Shown piece after piece: positions 55,505-61,008 of a stretch of DNA of 61,008 nucleotides (its first letter is position 1; every line of letters begins with the position of its first letter). A program made the translations under genes and the position numbers. The notes below the pieces were generated by a model, which was not told the DNA's origin, searched no databases, and saw only the letters and a program-made list of their open reading frames with translations. The stretch lies in the NCBI RefSeq assembly GCF_006345805.1, contig NW_021835350.1, positions 1-61,008 on the forward strand, in the 5' to 3' direction. The stretch is from Octopus sinensis. Its lineage: Eukaryota.

Positions 55505-56129
55505 TATAATATACTATACATTTATACACACGCATGCACCATACAAAAAATATATGGGTCGTGAATAGGTACTAGTATGTGTACATTTGTTTATATATAG
55601 GTGACTATAGCTATTTATCCGTGCAGAAGATACTCGAAGCGCTTTCTCTTGTCCATTTCCCAATACCTCGAATATGATGCTGTTTCCACCGTTATTGGAT
55701 TATCTAAAATAACTTCATTGTATGTAATAATGGAAAGCCATACGTAACATATATATATAGCTTAATTGTCAATTTGTTATTTCGAAGAAAAATTCTATGA
55801 ATTGAAGCCATACGTTTACTATCTATGAATATTATTACATCGGAATATTTTTAGTAGCCGCCACATCGTAATTCACCAAACTCTTCTGTTTGACTCGTTT
55901 TTACTTCCTATAACCGCACGAAATTTGATATCCTCATTCTTTCTCACACACTGCTTGTTTATCTCAACCATTGTCACCATCACCACCACCGCCGCCGCTG
56001 CCGATGGCACCACAAACCATTTATTAAGGCAATATTGCCACCATTCATGTTCTTCACCAAAATATAAATGTTTTTATTATGGTTTCGATTATTCTAGATT
56101 TAAATGTGATTCGTTTCCTCGTTACCAAT

Positions 56130-56238
56130 AATACCATTGTGATTATAATTATTGTCATTATTATTATTATTGTCATTATTATTATTATCATTATTATTAT
56201 CATTATTATTATTGCCATTGTTATTATTATTATTATTA

Positions 56239-56296
<58 letters not shown>

Positions 56297-56530
56297 CATT
56301 ATTGTCATCATTATTATTATTGTCATTATTATTATTATCATTATTATTATTATTATTGTCATTGTTATTATCATTATTATTATTATCATTATTATTATTA
56401 TTATTATTGTCATTGTTATTATCATCACTATTATTATTATTATCGTCATTATTATTATTATTATTATTATTTTTTTTTTTTTGTTGTTGTTGTTGTTGTT
56501 TTTGTTATTGCTGTTGTTGTCATTATTGTA
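56130..56530. repeat. Interrupted (ATT)n microsatellite
   Basis: Direct reading. Confidence 0.95.
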
Positions 56531-57049
56531 GTTGTTTTTTATTGGTGTTATTTCCATTGTTGTGTTTTTTATATATTCCTACACGTTAATCGAAATGTAA
56601 TTGGCAATAGCGTTTGCACAAGTTTTCTAAATATTATTTACTGTCATATCTCTTTTATTATACATGTGCACGCATTGGCTTCAACATCCACACGTATACA
56701 TTTCACGTACGTCATACACGCACACACAAATACGTACATATATATATATATATATACACAGACAAATGTGTGAATATACATAAACCACGGCCATGTTGAG
56801 GCACCACCCTGAAGGGTCTTAGTCGAATAAATCGACCGAAGGCCTTATATTTTAAAGCATGGTACTTCTACTACCTGTTTCGTTTACCGAAAACGTAAAC
56901 AAAGCAATCCTGGTCGTCTGGGGTTGGTGGGAGGGCTAACATAGACACAAAGAGGCACACAGATAGATATACATACATATACACACACACACAAATATAT
57001 ATATATTTACACACATAGACACAGACACGTGTGTGAATATATATAAACT

Positions 57050-57410
57050 ACGCCCATACTGGGGTATCTCTCTGAAGGGTTTTAGTCGAGCAAATCGTCC
57101 CATGGCCTTATCTTTAAAAGCCTGGTACTTGTACTACTGTTTTATTTTGCCAGGGACGTAAACAAACCAATCCCGGTCGTCGACCGGTGGTAGGTGGGCA
57201 AGCATGGACAAAGAGGCACACACATGTATACATATATGTACATACATAAGACGGGCTTCTTTGAGTTTCCGTCTGCCAAATCCACCCACAATGCTTTGGT
57301 CGGCCCGAGGTTACAGGAGAAGATATTTACCCAAGGTATCATGCAGCGGGACTGAACCAAGAACCATGTGGTTGGGAAGCAGGCAGTGCCACGCAGTCAC
57401 GCCTGCGGCT
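57050..57410 (-). mobile_element. C+D composite SINE; a second D-type tail at ~56770-56960
   Basis: Same motifs as 8630-8985. Confidence 0.8.
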
Positions 57411-57987
57411 GTATATATACATCGACAGAGAGAGAGAGAAAGAGAGAGACAGTGGTGACGAACAGATACACGCTAAATATGTTCGCCTTAACTCAATGTC
57501 TGCCCAAGAAATTCTTTAGACGTCATATTCAGATTAACGGCGCGTCAGTGAGCACTGGTGGATAATAAATATAAAAGCATTAGTAGCTATCACTGACACA
57601 TCGTCAGTGAGATTTTAAAATCTTTGCAAAAATGCGTTATTTATGCAAATCTGATGATTCGATTTAATGAAACTATTAAAAATTGTGGCTATTTATAGCG
57701 TATGTGTGAAATCTCAATAAACATTGAAACCAGTTCAGTTAGTCGTTTTTCGTTGTCTATGCTTCGTAAAGAATCAATTGTTGAGAAGAATCTCAGGATA
57801 TTTAGGTTTAATTTACACATGCCTCTTTCACAAAATCTATAGTTATATCCTGTAATACAATGCAGTACACCCACACACTTATATGTGTGTGAGTATACAT
57901 GTATACATACATTCGTATGTATTTATATATGTATGAATACATGTATGCATATATTATGTATGTATGTACATATATAATGCACGCTAT

Positions 57988-58071
<84 letters not shown>

Positions 58072-58077
58072 TTATTG

Positions 58078-58779
58078 TATTCATAGCCAGACAGATAAAG
58101 ATAGATAGATAGATAGATAGATTAGATAGATATATGCTATATCGACGTTATGATTGCTGCAGTAGCAGTAGTGGTAGGGTGGTGCCGGTGCAGAGAGTGT
58201 AGTCGTGGTGAAGGAAAAATAGTACGGGAAGCTGTGCGTGAATTCCGTAGCAAAACTGAATCAAATCTACCTTTTAGACGCAGCGCAGTCTCATATTTCG
58301 CGCTCACGCTAACAGCCATATTGAAAAAAGTAAATGTTGTCTATTTGACACCTTCTCGCTCAGATAACATACATTTATCGGATATATTTGCAGACAACAT
58401 ACACAACATAGTTTACCATCTGTATACTAATCGTAATCACCCGAAGCTTTGTATCAAGAAAGTAGAGACGGTTTGACTGGGGTTATCCAGTTCGAAGTTC
58501 ATATCTTCTGCTTGCTTTTCATTGTGCTTTCGGGTATAAATCTCATATTGTGTGTGCTGCAAACCTTATGAGAAATGCAAAGCCATTCACCTGAGATATG
58601 CACACACATGCACACACAAATATCCATGATCGTGTGCGTGTGCAAGTATAAGTTATCCTGTATATATGTGTGTACATAAACCACAACACACACAGATACA
58701 CACACAGACAAACATATATATGTATATATATATATATATATATTATATAATATTTTATAAAATATATGTGTGTTATATA

Positions 58780-58830
<51 letters not shown>

Positions 58831-59477
58831 TATTTGCATTATAGTGGTATTCATAGACAGACAGATAGATAGATAGATAGATATATAATAGATAATATAT
58901 ATGCTATATCGACGTTATGATTGCTCTGCAGTAGCAGTAGTGGTAGGGTGGTGCCGGTGCAGAGAGTGTAGTCGTGTGAAGAAAAATAGTACGGGAAGCT
59001 GTGCGTGAATTCCGTAGCAAAACTGAATCAATCTACCTTGTATAGACGCAGCGCAGTCTCATATTTCGCGCTCACGCTAACAGCCATATTGAAAAAAGTA
59101 AATGTTGTCTATTTGACACCTTCTCGCTCAGATAACATACATTTATCGGATATATTTGCAGACACCATACACAACAAGTTTACCATCTGTATACTAATCG
59201 TAATCACCCGAACTTTGTATCAAGAAAGTAGAGACGGTTTGACTGGGTGGTTATCCAGTTCGAAGTTCATATCTTCTCTGCTTGCTTTTCATTGTGCTTT
59301 CGGTATAAATCTCATATTGTGTGTGCTGCAAACCTATTGAGAATGCAAAGCCATTCACCTGAGATATGCACACACATGCACACACAATATCCATGATCGT
59401 GCGTGTGCAAGTATAAGTTTACCTGTATATATGTGTGTACATAAACCCACAACACACAGATACACCCAGACAACATA

Positions 59478-59517
<40 letters not shown>

Positions 59518-59540
59518 ATATAAATATATGTGTGTTATAT
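58078..59540. repeat. Tandem duplication with ~767-bp period, possibly an assembly artefact
   Basis: atcgacgttatgattg at 58141 and 58908; the copies differ mainly by 1-2 bp indels. Confidence 0.92.
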
Positions 59541-59829
59541 ATATATATATATATATATATAGTACACGTTGCAAACGTACGAGAGACGGTAATCTGTATT
59601 TCTGGTTCGTATAGTTGAGGTACTCTGCTGAACCGAGAGGAACATGAGACCTGAGGTTAGATAATCCCCATCTTTAAACGAGTTAGTAAACTATACCAGA
59701 TTGACTGCGGATATATTATATATATATATATGGCGTTGTTTAAATATTCTCACATACACAGACACACGCGCACACACACACATACACATAGACACACACA
59801 TACACGTGTATTGTTTCACAACAGCTAGT

Positions 59830-60015
59830 GTGGAGGTGCAATGGACCAGTGGTTAGGGCAGCGGAATCGCGGCCGTAAGAACGCGGTTTCGATTCACAGA
59901 CCGGGCATTGTGCGTGTTTATTGAGCAAAAACACCTAAGCTCCATGAGGTTCTGGTGGTGGGGGGAGTGAACTCCGCTGTACTCTTTCACCGCAACTTTC
60001 TCTCACTCTTTCTTC
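59830..60015 (+). mobile_element. Family A SINE, 5' half
   Basis: gtggaggtgcaatggaccagtggttagggcagcgg head. Confidence 0.88.
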
Positions 60016-60754
60016 CTACTTCTGCCTCAAAGCAGAGGAACAATGGTGTAACCCACTATAGTGTGGTAAACTTTCAGACCCTAGTATAGATTGCTCATCC
60101 TCTGTAACCCAGGATGGTTCAGCTCTCCACCCGTTAAAAGCCACCGTTTACGGAATGAGGATAACAACATTTTTGACCTTGGGTTAAACAATTAAACGAA
60201 GTCTACTTAAATCTATAGCAGAGATGCGACAGGCACTCTAGTAATAACATTTATTTCAAAATCTTCGTTCATCAATCACAAGGAATAGAAAAAATTATTG
60301 TAATTGTAAAACTTGATGAAACGTTCGTTGATTGGTCGTTTGATTTCCTATAAAAGTACATTTAAACGTACACACACACAAGCAACCACCACCAACATAC
60401 ATACAGACAGACATGCATACATACATACATACACACATATACATATACTCGAGTGTGTAGGATAGTGTATAGAAGAATATATTACTTAAAGAAATTCCAA
60501 CTTTGTCACGTTTTATTTACAATCTAATAATAACATAATATAATGAAATGGTAGAATATTAAATGACCATTCTGAGATATATATATATATATACATATAT
60601 ATATATGTGTGTGTGTGTATGTGTGTGTGTGTGTGTGTATTTCGTTTTGGGATTTGGTTTACAAGATTCTTTATGTGAGTTCGTGTGTTGAAGCATATTC
60701 TGTTGTGTCTGGGGAGAGTCATTCTCTCTTAGTACCTTGAAATTTAACACACTC

Positions 60755-60836
60755 ACCGGTAAAATTTCCACTTATTTTCTTATTTTTATTTTTATTTTCG
60801 TTTAATAAATAAGAAATAAGTGGAAATTTTACCGGT
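60755..60836. repeat. Small foldback with ~30-bp arms
   Basis: accggtaaaatttccacttattt ... aaataagtggaaattttaccggt. Confidence 0.9.
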
Positions 60837-60874
60837 ACAGTTTTCGAAAACATATTTGAAGAGCTTCTTTTTTA

Positions 60875-61008
60875 ATTTCCGTCTCCTAAATCCATTCACA
60901 AGATTTCGATCGGCCCGACGCTATGATAGAAGATACTTGTCGAAGGTACCACGCAGTAGGAATGAACCCTGAACCATGACCATGTTGTTAGGGACAAGCT
61001 TCTTATAC
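60875..61008 (-). mobile_element. Diverged family C SINE head
   Basis: ccgtctcctaaatccattcacaag...gaaggtaccacgcagtagg. Confidence 0.7.

Noticed and set aside
57651-57680. CTGATGA...GAAAC hammerhead-like spacing
   Set aside because: No convincing stem II, stem I or GUH

Overview
AT-rich, microsatellite-dense eukaryotic DNA that is almost entirely non-coding. From memory, the repeat families look like those of Octopus genomes; that assignment is an inference. Nearly all ORFs in the supplied track are translations of (TA)n, (GATA)n, (CA)n and (ATT/CAT/ACT)n repeats and are not genes. No protein-coding gene could be identified with confidence, only a few low-confidence exon candidates. Recognisable content: several tRNA-derived SINE families, some with clear 14-18 bp TSDs; a deleted Tc1/mariner transposase remnant; a Ty3/Gypsy aspartic-protease remnant; foldback elements; and local duplications, one of them probably an assembly artefact. 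There are two main observations. (1) At least four unrelated short-repeat families carry minimal type-I hammerhead ribozyme motifs of the kind associated with Penelope-like elements. These often sit in inverted-repeat elements, and one is joined to a tRNA-like Pol III head. (2) One SINE family occurs as a single head plus tandem ~185-bp bodies inside one TSD, which suggests multimers formed during retrotransposition. Repeat coordinates are approximate (manual reading).
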